From: Macrostomum lignano
Taxonomy: Eukaryota
DNA length: 64,000 bases
Reading direction: 5' to 3'
Assembly: GCA_002269645.1 (NCBI GenBank)
Contig: NIVC01002154.1
Span: 84,706 to 148,705 of the forward strand
Under the pieces are notes generated by a model. That model saw only the letters and a list, made by a program, of their open reading frames with translations. It was not told the DNA's origin and searched no databases. How positions within the stretch are numbered: the first letter of the stretch is position 1; each line of letters begins with the position of its first letter. This document shows, piece after piece, positions 1-13,817 of this stretch. Position numbers and translations under genes: made by a program.

Positions 1-3000
1 AGATATCTTTCTAAGAAACAGTTTACCGTCCTACTCAGGGCCGGCCTTGTCAGATATCTTTCTAAGAAACAGTTTACCGTCCTACTCAGGGCCGGCCTTG
101 TCAGATATCTTTCTAAGAAACAGTTTACCGTCCTACTCAGGGCCGGCCTTGTCAGATATCTTTCTAAGAAACAGTTTACCGTCCTACTCAGGGCCGGCCT
201 TGTCAGATATCTTTCTAAGAAACAGTTTACCGTCCTACTCAGGGCCGGCCTTGTCAGATATCTTTCTAAGAAACAGTTTACCGTCCTACTCAGGGCCGGC
301 CTTGTCAGATATCTTTCTAAGAAACAGTTTACCGTCCTACTCAGGGCCGGCCTTGTCAGATATCTTTCTAAGAAACAGTTTACCGTCCTACTCAGGGCCG
401 GCCTTGTCAGATATCTTTCTAAGAAACAGTTTACCGTCCTACTCAGGGCCGGCCTTGTCAGATATCTTTCTAAGAAACAGTTTACCGTCCTACTCAGGGC
501 CGGCCTTGTCAGATATCTTTCTAAGAAACAGTTTACCGTCCTACTCAGGGCCGGCCTTGTCAGATATCTTTCTAAGAAACAGTTTACCGTCCTACTCAGG
601 GCCGGCCTTGTCAGATATCTTTCTAAGAAACAGTTTACCGTCCTACTCAGGGCCGGCCTTGTCAGATATCTTTCTAAGAAACAGTTTACCGTCCTACTCA
701 GGGCCGGCCTTGTCAGATATCTTTCTAAGAAACAGTTTACCGTCCTACTCAGGGCCGGCCTTGTCAGATATCTTTCTAAGAAACAGTTTACCGTCCTACT
801 CAGGGCCGGCCTTGTCAGATATCTTTCTAAGAAACAGTTTACCGTCCTACTCAGGGCCGGCCTTGTCAGATATCTTTCTAAGAAACAGTTTACCGTCCTA
901 CTCAGGGCCGGCCTTGTCAGATATCTTTCTAAGAAACAGTTTACCGTCCTACTCAGGGCCGGCCTTGTCAGATATCTTTCTAAGAAACAGTTTACCGTCC
1001 TACTCAGGGCCGGCCTTGTCAGATATCTTTCTAAGAAACAGTTTACCGTCCTACTCAGGGCCGGCCTTGTCAGATATCTTTCTAAGAAACAGTTTACCGT
1101 CCTACTCAGGGCCGGCCTTGTCAGATATCTTTCTAAGAAACAGTTTACCGTCCTACTCAGGGCCGGCCTTGTCAGATATCTTTCTAAGAAACAGTTTACC
1201 GTCCTACTCAGGGCCGGCCTTGTCAGATATCTTTCTAAGAAACAGTTTACCGTCCTACTCAGGGCCGGCCTTGTCAGATATCTTTCTAAGAAACAGTTTA
1301 CCGTCCTACTCAGGGCCGGCCTTGTCAGATATCTTTCTAAGAAACAGTTTACCGTCCTACTCAGGGCCGGCCTTGTCAGATATCTTTCTAAGAAACAGTT
1401 TACCGTCCTACTCAGGGCCGGCCTTGTCAGATATCTTTCTAAGAAACAGTTTACCGTCCTACTCAGGGCCGGCCTTGTCAGATATCTTTCTAAGAAACAG
1501 TTTACCGTCCTACTCAGGGCCGGCCTTGTCAGATATCTTTCTAAGAAACAGTTTACCGTCCTACTCAGGGCCGGCCTTGTCAGATATCTTTCTAAGAAAC
1601 AGTTTACCGTCCTACTCAGGGCCGGCCTTGTCAGATATCTTTCTAAGAAACAGTTTACCGTCCTACTCAGGGCCGGCCTTGTCAGATATCTTTCTAAGAA
1701 ACAGTTTACCGTCCTACTCAGGGCCGGCCTTGTCAGATATCTTTCTAAGAAACAGTTTACCGTCCTACTCAGGGCCGGCCTTGTCAGATATCTTTCTAAG
1801 AAACAGTTTACCGTCCTACTCAGGGCCGGCCTTGTCAGATATCTTTCTAAGAAACAGTTTACCGTCCTACTCAGGGCCGGCCTTGTCAGATATCTTTCTA
1901 AGAAACAGTTTACCGTCCTACTCAGGGCCGGCCTTGTCAGATATCTTTCTAAGAAACAGTTTACCGTCCTACTCAGGGCCGGCCTTGTCAGATATCTTTC
2001 TAAGAAACAGTTTACCGTCCTACTCAGGGCCGGCCTTGTCAGATATCTTTCTAAGAAACAGTTTACCGTCCTACTCAGGGCCGGCCTTGTCAGATATCTT
2101 TCTAAGAAACAGTTTACCGTCCTACTCAGGGCCGGCCTTGTCAGATATCTTTCTAAGAAACAGTTTACCGTCCTACTCAGGGCCGGCCTTGTCAGATATC
2201 TTTCTAAGAAACAGTTTACCGTCCTACTCAGGGCCGGCCTTGTCAGATATCTTTCTAAGAAACAGTTTACCGTCCTACTCAGGGCCGGCCTTGTCAGATA
2301 TCTTTCTAAGAAACAGTTTACCGTCCTACTCAGGGCCGGCCTTGTCAGATATCTTTCTAAGAAACAGTTTACCGTCCTACTCAGGGCCGGCCTTGTCAGA
2401 TATCTTTCTAAGAAACAGTTTACCGTCCTACTCAGGGCCGGCCTTGTCAGATATCTTTCTAAGAAACAGTTTACCGTCCTACTCAGGGCCGGCCTTGTCA
2501 GATATCTTTCTAAGAAACAGTTTACCGTCCTACTCAGGGCCGGCCTTGTCAGATATCTTTCTAAGAAACAGTTTACCGTCCTACTCAGGGCCGGCCTTGT
2601 CAGATATCTTTCTAAGAAACAGTTTACCGTCCTACTCAGGGCCGGCCTTGTCAGATATCTTTCTAAGAAACAGTTTACCGTCCTACTCAGGGCCGGCCTT
2701 GTCAGATATCTTTCTAAGAAACAGTTTACCGTCCTACTCAGGGCCGGCCTTGTCAGATATCTTTCTAAGAAACAGTTTACCGTCCTACTCAGGGCCGGCC
2801 TTGTCAGATATCTTTCTAAGAAACAGTTTACCGTCCTACTCAGGGCCGGCCTTGTCAGATATCTTTCTAAGAAACAGTTTACCGTCCTACTCAGGGCCGG
2901 CCTTGTCAGATATCTTTCTAAGAAACAGTTTACCGTCCTACTCAGGGCCGGCCTTGTCAGATATCTTTCTAAGAAACAGTTTACCGTCCTACTCAGGGCC

Positions 3001-6000
3001 GGCCTTGTCAGATATCTTTCTAAGAAACAGTTTACCGTCCTACTCAGGGCCGGCCTTGTCAGATATCTTTCTAAGAAACAGTTTACCGTCCTACTCAGGG
3101 CCGGCCTTGTCAGATATCTTTCTAAGAAACAGTTTACCGTCCTACTCAGGGCCGGCCTTGTCAGATATCTTTCTAAGAAACAGTTTACCGTCCTACTCAG
3201 GGCCGGCCTTGTCAGATATCTTTCTAAGAAACAGTTTACCGTCCTACTCAGGGCCGGCCTTGTCAGATATCTTTCTAAGAAACAGTTTACCGTCCTACTC
3301 AGGGCCGGCCTTGTCAGATATCTTTCTAAGAAACAGTTTACCGTCCTACTCAGGGCCGGCCTTGTCAGATATCTTTCTAAGAAACAGTTTACCGTCCTAC
3401 TCAGGGCCGGCCTTGTCAGATATCTTTCTAAGAAACAGTTTACCGTCCTACTCAGGGCCGGCCTTGTCAGATATCTTTCTAAGAAACAGTTTACCGTCCT
3501 ACTCAGGGCCGGCCTTGTCAGATATCTTTCTAAGAAACAGTTTACCGTCCTACTCAGGGCCGGCCTTGTCAGATATCTTTCTAAGAAACAGTTTACCGTC
3601 CTACTCAGGGCCGGCCTTGTCAGATATCTTTCTAAGAAACAGTTTACCGTCCTACTCAGGGCCGGCCTTGTCAGATATCTTTCTAAGAAACAGTTTACCG
3701 TCCTACTCAGGGCCGGCCTTGTCAGATATCTTTCTAAGAAACAGTTTACCGTCCTACTCAGGGCCGGCCTTGTCAGATATCTTTCTAAGAAACAGTTTAC
3801 CGTCCTACTCAGGGCCGGCCTTGTCAGATATCTTTCTAAGAAACAGTTTACCGTCCTACTCAGGGCCGGCCTTGTCAGATATCTTTCTAAGAAACAGTTT
3901 ACCGTCCTACTCAGGGCCGGCCTTGTCAGATATCTTTCTAAGAAACAGTTTACCGTCCTACTCAGGGCCGGCCTTGTCAGATATCTTTCTAAGAAACAGT
4001 TTACCGTCCTACTCAGGGCCGGCCTTGTCAGATATCTTTCTAAGAAACAGTTTACCGTCCTACTCAGGGCCGGCCTTGTCAGATATCTTTCTAAGAAACA
4101 GTTTACCGTCCTACTCAGGGCCGGCCTTGTCAGATATCTTTCTAAGAAACAGTTTACCGTCCTACTCAGGGCCGGCCTTGTCAGATATCTTTCTAAGAAA
4201 CAGTTTACCGTCCTACTCAGGGCCGGCCTTGTCAGATATCTTTCTAAGAAACAGTTTACCGTCCTACTCAGGGCCGGCCTTGTCAGATATCTTTCTAAGA
4301 AACAGTTTACCGTCCTACTCAGGGCCGGCCTTGTCAGATATCTTTCTAAGAAACAGTTTACCGTCCTACTCAGGGCCGGCCTTGTCAGATATCTTTCTAA
4401 GAAACAGTTTACCGTCCTACTCAGGGCCGGCCTTGTCAGATATCTTTCTAAGAAACAGTTTACCGTCCTACTCAGGGCCGGCCTTGTCAGATATCTTTCT
4501 AAGAAACAGTTTACCGTCCTACTCAGGGCCGGCCTTGTCAGATATCTTTCTAAGAAACAGTTTACCGTCCTACTCAGGGCCGGCCTTGTCAGATATCTTT
4601 CTAAGAAACAGTTTACCGTCCTACTCAGGCCGGCCTTGTCAGATATCTTTCTAAGAAACAGTTTACCGTCCTACTCAGGGCCGGCCTTGTCAGATATCTT
4701 TCTAAGAAACAGTTTACCGTCCTACTCAGGGCCGGCCTTGTCAGATATCTTTCTAAGAAACAGTTTACCGTCCTACTCAGGGCCGGCCTTGTCAGATATC
4801 TTTCTAAGAAACAGTTTACCGTCCTACTCAGGGCCGGCCTTGTCAGATATCTTTCTAAGAAACAGTTTACCGTCCTACTCAGGGCCGGCCTTGTCAGATA
4901 TCTTTCTAAGAAACAGTTTACCGTCCTACTCAGGGCCGGCCTTGTCAGATATCTTTCTAAGAAACAGTTTACCGTCCTACTCAGGGCCGGCCTTGTCAGA
5001 TATCTTTCTAAGAAACAGTTTACCGTCCTACTCAGGGCCGGCCTTGTCAGATATCTTTCTAAGAAACAGTTTACCGTCCTACTCAGGGCCGGCCTTGTCA
5101 GATATCTTTCTAAGAAACAGTTTACCGTCCTACTCAGGGCCGGCCTTGTCAGATATCTTTCTAAGAAACAGTTTACCGTCCTACTCAGGGCCGGCCTTGT
5201 CAGATATCTTTCTAAGAAACAGTTTACCGTCCTACTCAGGCCGGCCTTGTCAGATATCTTTCTAAGAAACAGTTTACCGTCCTACTCAGGGCCGGCCTTG
5301 TCAGATATCTTTCTAAGAAACAGTTTACCGTCCTACTCAGGCCGGCCTTGTCAGATATCTTTCTAAGAAACAGTTTACCGTCCTACTCAGGGCCGGCCTT
5401 GTCAGATATCTTTCTAAGAAACAGTTTACCGTCCTACTCAGGGCCGGCCTTGTCAGATATCTTTCTAAGAAACAGTTTACCGTCCTACTCAGGGCCGGCC
5501 TTGTCAGATATCTTTCTAAGAAACAGTTTACCGTCCTACTCAGGGCCGGCCTTGTCAGATATCTTTCTAAGAAACAGTTTACCGTCCTACTCAGGTCGGC
5601 CTTGTCAGATATCTTTCTAAGAAACAGTTTACCGTCCTACTCAGGGGCCTTGTCAGATATCTTTCTAAGAAACAGTTTACCGTCCTACTCAGGGCCGGCC
5701 TTGTCAGATATCTTTCTAAGAAACAGTTTACCGTCCTACTCAGGGCCGGCCTTGTCAGATATCTTTCTAAGAAACAGTTTACCGTCCTACTCAGGGCCGG
5801 CCTTGTCAGATATCTTTCTAAGAAACAGTTTACCGTCCTACTCAGGCCGGCCTTGTCAGATATCTTTCTAAGAAACAGTTTACCGTCCTACTCAGGGCCG
5901 GCCTTGTCAGATATCTTTCTAAGAAACAGTTTACCGTCCTACTCAGGGCCGGCCTTGTCAGATATCTTTCTAAGAAACAGTTTACCGTCCTACTCAGGGC

Positions 6001-7885
6001 CGGCCTTGTCAGATATCTTTCTAAGAAACAGTTTACCGTCCTACTCAGGCCGGCCTTGTCAGATATCTTTCTAAGAAACAGTTTACCGTCCTACTCAGGG
6101 CCGGCCTTGTCAGATATCTTTCTAAGAAACAGTTTACCGTCCTACTCAGGGCCGGCCTTGTCAGATATCTTTCTAAGAAACAGTTTACCGTCCTACTCAG
6201 GCCGGCCTTGTCAGATATCTTTCTAAGAAACAGTTTACCGTCCTACTCAGGGCCGGCCTTGTCAGATATCTTTCTAAGAAACAGTTTACCGTCCTACTCA
6301 GGGCCGGCCTTGTCAGATATCTTTCTAAGAAACAGTTTACCGTCCTACTCAGGGCCGGCCTTGTCAGATATCTTTCTAAGAAACAGTTTACCGTCCTACT
6401 CAGGGCCGGCCTTGTCAGATATCTTTCTAAGAAACAGTTTACCGTCCTACTCAGGGCCGGCCTTGTCAGATATCTTTCTAAGAAACAGTTTACCGTCCTA
6501 CTCAGGCCGGCCTTGTCAGATATCTTTCTAAGAAACAGTTTACCGTCCTACTCAGGGCCGGCCTTGTCAGATATCTTTCTAAGAAACAGTTTACCGTCCT
6601 ACTCAGGGCCGGCCTTGTCAGATATCTTTCTAAGAAACAGTTTACCGTCCTACTCAGGGCCGGCCTTGTCAGATATCTTTCTAAGAAACAGTTTACCGTC
6701 CTACTCAGGGCCGGCCTTGTCAGATATCTTTCTAAGAAACAGTTTACCGTCCTACTCAGGGCCGGCCTTGTCAGATATCTTTCTAAGAAACAGTTTACCG
6801 TCCTACTCAGGGCCGGCCTTGTCAGATATCTTTCTAAGAAACAGTTTACCGTCCTACTCAGGCCGGCCTTGTCAGATATCTTTCTAAGAAACAGTTTACC
6901 GTCCTACTCAGGCCGGCCTTGTCAGATATCTTTCTAAGAAACAGTTTACCGTCCTACTCAGGCCGGCCTTGTCAGATATCTTTCTAAGAAACAGTTTACC
7001 GTCCTACTCAGGGCCGGCCTTGTCAGATATCTTTCTAAGAAACAGTTTACCGTCCTACTCAGGGCCGGCCTTGTCAGATATCTTTCTAAGAAACAGTTTA
7101 CCGTCCTACTCAGGGCCGGCCTTGTCAGATATCTTTCTAAGAAACAGTTTACCGTCCTACTCAGGCCGGCCTTGTCAGATATCTTTCTAAGAAACAGTTT
7201 ACCGTCCTACTCAGGCGGCCTTGTCAGATATCTTTCTAAGAAACAGTTTACCGTCCTACTCAGGCCGGCCTTGTCAGATATCTTTCTAAGAAACAGTTTA
7301 CCGTCCTACTCAGGCCGGCCTTGTCAGATATCTTTCTAAGAAACAGTTTACCGTCCTACTCAGGCCGGCCTTGTCAGATATCTTTCTAAGAAACAGTTTA
7401 CCGTCCTACTCAGGCCGGCCTTGTCAGATATCTTTCTAAGAAACAGTTTACCGTCCTACTCAGGCCGGCCTTGTCAGATATCTTTCTAAGAAACAGTTTA
7501 CCGTCCTCTCAGGCCGGCCTTGTCAGATATCTTTCTAAGAAACAGTTTACCGTCCTACTCAGGCCGGCCTTGTCAGATATCTTTCTAAGAAACAGTTTAC
7601 CGTCCTACTCAGGGCCGGCCTTGTCAGATATCTTTCTAAGAAACAGTTTACCGTCCTACTCAGGGGGCCTTGTCAGATATCTCTAAGAAGTTTACGTCCT
7701 ACTCAGGCCGGCTTGTCAGATATCTTTCTAAGAAACAGTTTACCGTCCTACTCAGGCCGGCCTTGTCAGATATCTTTCTAAGAAACAGTTTACCGTCCTG
7801 CTCAGGCCGGCCTTGTCAGATATCTTTCTAAGAAACAGTTTACCGTCCTGCTCAGGCCGGCCTTGTCAGATATCTTTCTAAGAAA
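1..7885. repeat. 51-bp satellite array (~155 units; truncated by window start)
   Basis: Unit AGATATCTTTCTAAGAAACAGTTTACCGTCCTACTCAGGGCCGGCCTTGTC is repeated perfectly to ~4620. After that, 50-bp (GGG>GG) and other variants increase toward 7885. Confidence 0.99.
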
Positions 7886-7973
7886 AGGCCGCGAAACCAG
7901 GGCGTTTGATGATGGATCAAATTGCTCATCCCGGTGAGCTTTGGTGTCAGTTGCTTGGTGTGTCAAGACTGTA

Positions 7974-8735
<762 letters not shown>

Positions 8736-8902
8736 TAGCTCAGGTTTACTGCCAGTTTGTAGTTATGGCTCAGGATTCTGTCTTTGACTGTCTTTTGTAA
8801 AGACTGATTCTGTTTACAGACTGTAGCTAAGGCCATGGGATTCTGTTAAAAAACTGTACATCCGCATATTCGTTATTTCGATTGCGAAACTACACGGTAA
8901 AT

Positions 8903-9855
8903 TGATGTGTTCCTTATTACCAGACTTTCTCTGTAATCAAGAAACAATCACTTCTAGCTCTTAGCTAGGCAACCCAGTTATCAATGAAGGTACTGCTTAT
9001 CTTGATTCCGGTGAGATCTCGTCTGTAGTCTCCTGCGTCAGTAGTTCTCTCAGTTGATCTGGTAGATCAGCGCCTTGGTTCTTCAGTTGCTCTGGTCCTG
9101 GTTCTTCTGTACTTCCGATGAAGTTACTTCGGCCGGTATCCGCAGTCAGGACCAATCAGAGGCCTCGTATCAACAATGGGATCCCTGCGCCGAACTGCGG
9201 TTTCACTTAAGCCTTCTCCTTCTAGCAGTGCCTCCATGCACTCTAGGTATTGCTCCGGTAATCTCTAATAGATCCTCTAAGATTATTAAGGTAGTCCTTC
9301 GGCGACTACAGCCAATGGGTCTCAAATGGACTCAAGAGTCTCAACAGACTCCAACACTAAAAACAATAGTGAGTCGACTCAACAACTGGCGCAAATGAGC
9401 AAGGCTTACCGCGACAACTCGACCGAGTCTCGATTGACTAGGCGATCAGGAGGTCTCTCTAAGGACTTCCTCTTCGGAGCGCTCCTCTTCCGTGGGAGTA
9501 TGACTCCGGTACCGCTAATTGGACGCTTGTATTTATAGACGATTTTGCAGGCCAAAAATAGTAACATGACTCATGGGTTGCGCTAAAAATAGTAACATGA
9601 CTCATTGCGGCTATTATTAGTAACATGATTCATTCTGATGCTATAAATAGTAACATGATTCACTTTGCTGCTATAAATAGTAACATGAATCATCCTGCTG
9701 CTATAAATAGTAACATGATTCATCCGCTAAAAATAGTAACATGAATCATCTTTAAAGTTGCATGCATGTTCATGCGCATGCATGCACTAGCTTACTTATA
9801 GCAGAATTCTATGATTAACTATTCTACTTCTTTCTGTGGGAGGTAGAACATTACA
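8903..9855 (-). mobile_element. Solo LTR (953 bp, probably Gypsy-like)
   Basis: TG...CA termini with imperfect inverted ends (TGATGTGTTC / TGTAATGTTC). 4-bp TSD AAAT at 8899-8902 and 9856-9859. Minus-strand TATAAATA at 9530-9537, preceded by a tandem enhancer-like array. Confidence 0.75.
9552..9750. promoter_or_regulatory. 7-unit MEF2/AP-1-like array in putative LTR U3 (duplicated at ~12132-12330)
   Basis: Units are CTA(A/T)4TAG-TAACA-TGA(C/T/A)TCA (first unit CCA...) separated by 4-9 nt variable spacers. Confidence 0.55.
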
Positions 9856-11224
9856 AAATGCTGTCCTCGGCCTCCCTGCTCTGTCAGGTCTCAATGTTTG
9901 CGGAGGCCTGGAAGCTGCACGCGCTCCGTCAAGCCGGCGACAGAAGCAACCCGATTGCCAGGCCGCGCAAGGGCACCTGCGCCGCCGCCGCAACATGTTG
10001 ACTTCGACACCACCGCCCGACGCTGACGACAACCTTGGCTGATGAGGTCGGTGGGAGTTCAGCAGTGCCGTTGATGGCATGAACGGTCTGTCAAGTCCGG
10101 GAGAGCTTCTGATCAGCTCCAGCCCAAGTCTGGGACGGAAAGCTCCGAACTAACCTACACGCTTGCTCACCCGATTGTATCAGAATTGAGTTTTTCTGCT
10201 TTTCCTATTAGCATGTCAATTTTGGCATGTCAGCCTTGAAGCTTCTTTACTTTTAAGCGTTTTTTAATTTAGTGTACATGCAATTATTTCAGGGTGTTAT
10301 GAATTCTTTCTTAATTGTTCGCTTCTGTAGCCTATCCGTTAGTTTGGTTCTATTCATATTGTTTACATCGTACATGCGAAAGCGGGTGGGATACTCATAT
10401 GATGCAATTAATTCAATGAAATATACGTAGCTGGTTCTAACAATATTCATTGTGAGCACGAGATTCTACCAATAAAGAAATTTACTGAATGCATGTAAGT
10501 ACCCTTTGTCCTGCAGATAATTGGCCGCATACATCAGAGTAAAACATTAAATCTTCAAGCAAAATATTTTACTGGCTGTGAAAATGTTGTTCGATACTTT
10601 TTGTGCTAAATTTACTATGAAGAATATTATAGAAATTAGATAGAGCTATCGGTTCATGTACATAAATGTACATCGACATGACGAGCGTACATGTACATGT
10701 ACGGAAGTACAATCTATGGGATCCAACCGTGAATCAAGAGCCTGGCTTGTCAATTTGGCAGTGAGTTTAACTGTATAACTACCAGGATTCCGCCTGAACA
10801 TTTTTCACTGCGCGGAAAGGAACAGGGCATGAAATCAACAAAACGTTAACTTTTTGTGCGCACTCCTTGCCAGCCCTCTGGACCCCAGGGTAGTCCGAAG
10901 ACACAGTGGAGAGGCGAGCGCCACCCATTCCGCTAGCCCTCTAATCCCGTTGAGGTATTAAAAAATTCTGCCAGAAGGTCGGATTTTTCTCATACTCGTA
11001 TACAAGCGCTATATATAGATCATCTACTCAATCCCAAGCAACAGGTACGCGCGTTTTACGCGCATTTTTTGGTAATTCTGTACGCGCGTAAGCGAACGCA
11101 CAAAATACGCGCCTTTTGTAACAGAAAATACGCTGTAATAACGCAATGCTAACTGCAGACTGGTACAGGAACAGGACTAAACCATACATGTACATATATG
11201 TAGGTTCGCGGATTCGTTTATTCA

Positions 11225-13817
11225 GGAGCCAGATTTGATTCTGATTGATTTTTGCTAATAAAGTTTCTATTAGCCCAGTCCTGGAACTTTTCTGACACAC
11301 CTCGTAGCTCAGGTTTACTGCCAGTTTGTAGTTATGGCTCCAGGATTCTGTCTTTGGACTGTCTTTTGTAAAGACTGATTCTGTTTACAGACTGTAGCTA
11401 AGGCCATGGGATTCTGTTTAAAAACTGTACATCCGCATATTCGTTATTTCGATTGCGAACTACACGGTAAATTGATGTGTTCCTTATTACCAGACTTTCT
11501 CTGTAATCAAGAAACAATCACTTCTAGCTCTTAGCTAGGCAACCCAGTTATCAATGAAGGTACTGCTTATCTTGATTCCGGTGAGATCTCGTCTGTAGTC
11601 TCCTGCGTCAGTAGTTCTCTCAGTTGATCTGGTAGATCAGGCGCCTTGGTTCTTCAGTTGCTCTGGTCCTGGTTCTTCTTGTACTTCCGATGAAGTTACT
11701 TCCGGCCGGTATCCGCAGTCAGGACCAATCAGAGGCCTCGTATCAACAATGGGATCCCTGCGCCCAACTGCGGTTTCACTTAAGCCTTCTCCTTCTAGCA
11801 GTGCCTCCATGCACTCTAGGTATTGCTCCGGTAATCTCTAATAGATCCTCTAAGATTTATTAAGGTAGTCCTTCGGGCGACTACAGCCAATGGAGTCTCA
11901 AATGGACTCAAGAGTCTCAACAGACTCCAACACTATAACAATAGTGAGTCGACTCAACAACTGGCGCAAATGAGCAAGGCTTACCGCGACAACTCGACCG
12001 AGTCTCGATTGACTAGGCGATCAGGAGGTCTCTCTAAGGACTTCCTCTTCGGAACGCTCCTCTTCCGTGGGGAGTATGACTCCGGTACCGCTAATTGGAC
12101 CGCTTGTATTTATAGACGATTTTGCAGGCCAAAAATAGTAACATGACTCATGGGTTGCGCTAAAAATAGTAACATGACTCATTGCGGCTATTATTAGTAA
12201 CATGATTCATTCTGATGCTATAAATAGTAACATGATTCACTTTGCTGCTATAAATAGTAACATGAATCATCCTGCTGCTATAAATAGTAACATGATTCAT
12301 CCGCTAAAAATAGTAACATGAATCATCTTTAAAGTTTGCATGCATGTTTGCATGCGCATGCATGCACTAGCTTACTTATAGCAGAATTCTATGATTAACT
12401 ATTCTACTTCTTTCTGTGGGAGGTAGAACATTACAAAATGCTGTCCTCGGCCTCCCTGCTCTGTCAGGTCTCAATGTTTGCGGAGGCCTGGAAGCTGCAC
12501 GCGCTCCGTCAAGCCGGCGACAGAAGCAACCCGATTGCCAGGCCGCGCAAGGGCACCCTGCGCCGGGCGCACATGTTGACTTCGACACCACCGCCTCCGA
12601 CGCTGACGACAACCTTGGCTGATGAGGTCGGTGGTGAGTTCAGCAGTGCCGTTGATGGCATGAACGGTCTGTCAAATCCGGGAGAGCTTCTGATCAGCTC
12701 CAGCCCAAGTCTGGGACGGAAAGCTCCGAACTAACCTACACGCTTGCTCACCCGATTGTATCAGAATTGAGTTTTTCTGCTTTTCCTATTAGCATGTCAA
12801 TTTTGGCATGTCAGCCTTGAAGCTTCTTTTACTTTTTAAGCGTTTTTTAATTTAGTGTACATGCAATTATTTCAGGGTGTTATGAATTCTTTCTTAATTG
12901 TTCGCTTCTGTAGCCTATCCGTTAGTTTGGTTCTATTCATATTGTTTACATGCTCGTACATGCGAAAGCGGGTGGGATACTCATATGATGCAATTATTCA
13001 ATGAAATATACGTAGCTGGTTCTAACAATATTCATTGTGAGCACGAGATTCTACCAATAAAGAAATTTACTGAATGCATGTAAGTACCCTTTGTCCTGCA
13101 GATAATTGGCCGCATACATCAGAGTAAAACATTAAATCTTCAAGCAAAATATTTTACTGGCTGTGAAAGATGTTGTTCGATACTTTTTTGTGCTAAATTT
13201 ACTATGAAGAATATTATAGAAATTAGATAGAGCTATCGGTTCATGTACATAAATGTACATCGACATGTACGAGCGTACATGTACATGTACGGAAGTACAA
13301 TCTATGGGATCCAACCGTGAATCAAGAGCCTGGCTTGTCAATTTGGCAGTGAGTTTAACTGTATAACTACCAGGATTCCGCCTGAACATTTTTCACTGCG
13401 CCGGAACGGAACAGGGCATGAAATTCAACAAAACGGGTTAACTTTTTGTTGCGCACTCCTTGCCAGCCCTCTGGACCCCAGGGTAGTCCGAAGACGCAGT
13501 GGAGAGGCGAGCGCCACCCATTCCGCTAGCCCTCTAATCCCGTTGAGGTATTAAAAAATTCTGCCAGAAGGTCGGATTTTTCTCATACTCGTATACAAGC
13601 GCTATATATAGATCATCTACTCAATCCCAAGCAACAGGTACGCGCGTTTTACGCGCATTTTTTGGTAATTCTGTACGCGCGTAAGCGAACGCACAAAATA
13701 CGCGCCTTTTGTAACAGAAAATACGCTGTAATAACGCAATGCTAACTGCAGACTGGTACAGGAACAGGACTAACCATACATGTACATATATGTAGGTTCC
13801 GCGGATTCGTTTATTCA
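11225..13817. repeat. Tandem segmental duplication, copy 2 (~2.59 kb)
   Basis: Matches copy 1 with many single-base indels and a few substitutions. Includes a second mariner right TIR at 11276-11304. Confidence 0.95.
11473..12435 (-). mobile_element. Solo LTR, duplicated copy
   Basis: Same termini and AAAT flanks as 8903-9855. Minus-strand AATAAA at 11856-11861. Confidence 0.75.

Noticed and set aside
60-70. STAT/GAS-like TTCTAAGAA in every satellite unit
   Set aside because: A 9-bp motif in one repeated unit is a single observation, with no independent evidence of function.
47-7686. 1535-aa and related repetitive ORFs
   Set aside because: Artefact of a 51-bp (3x17) unit with no stop in one frame. 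The start is TTG and there is no unique coding flank or splice context.
9552-9750. Repeat-spacer pattern resembling a CRISPR array
   Set aside because: Spacers are only 4-9 nt, there are no cas genes, the context is eukaryotic, and it lies within an LTR.
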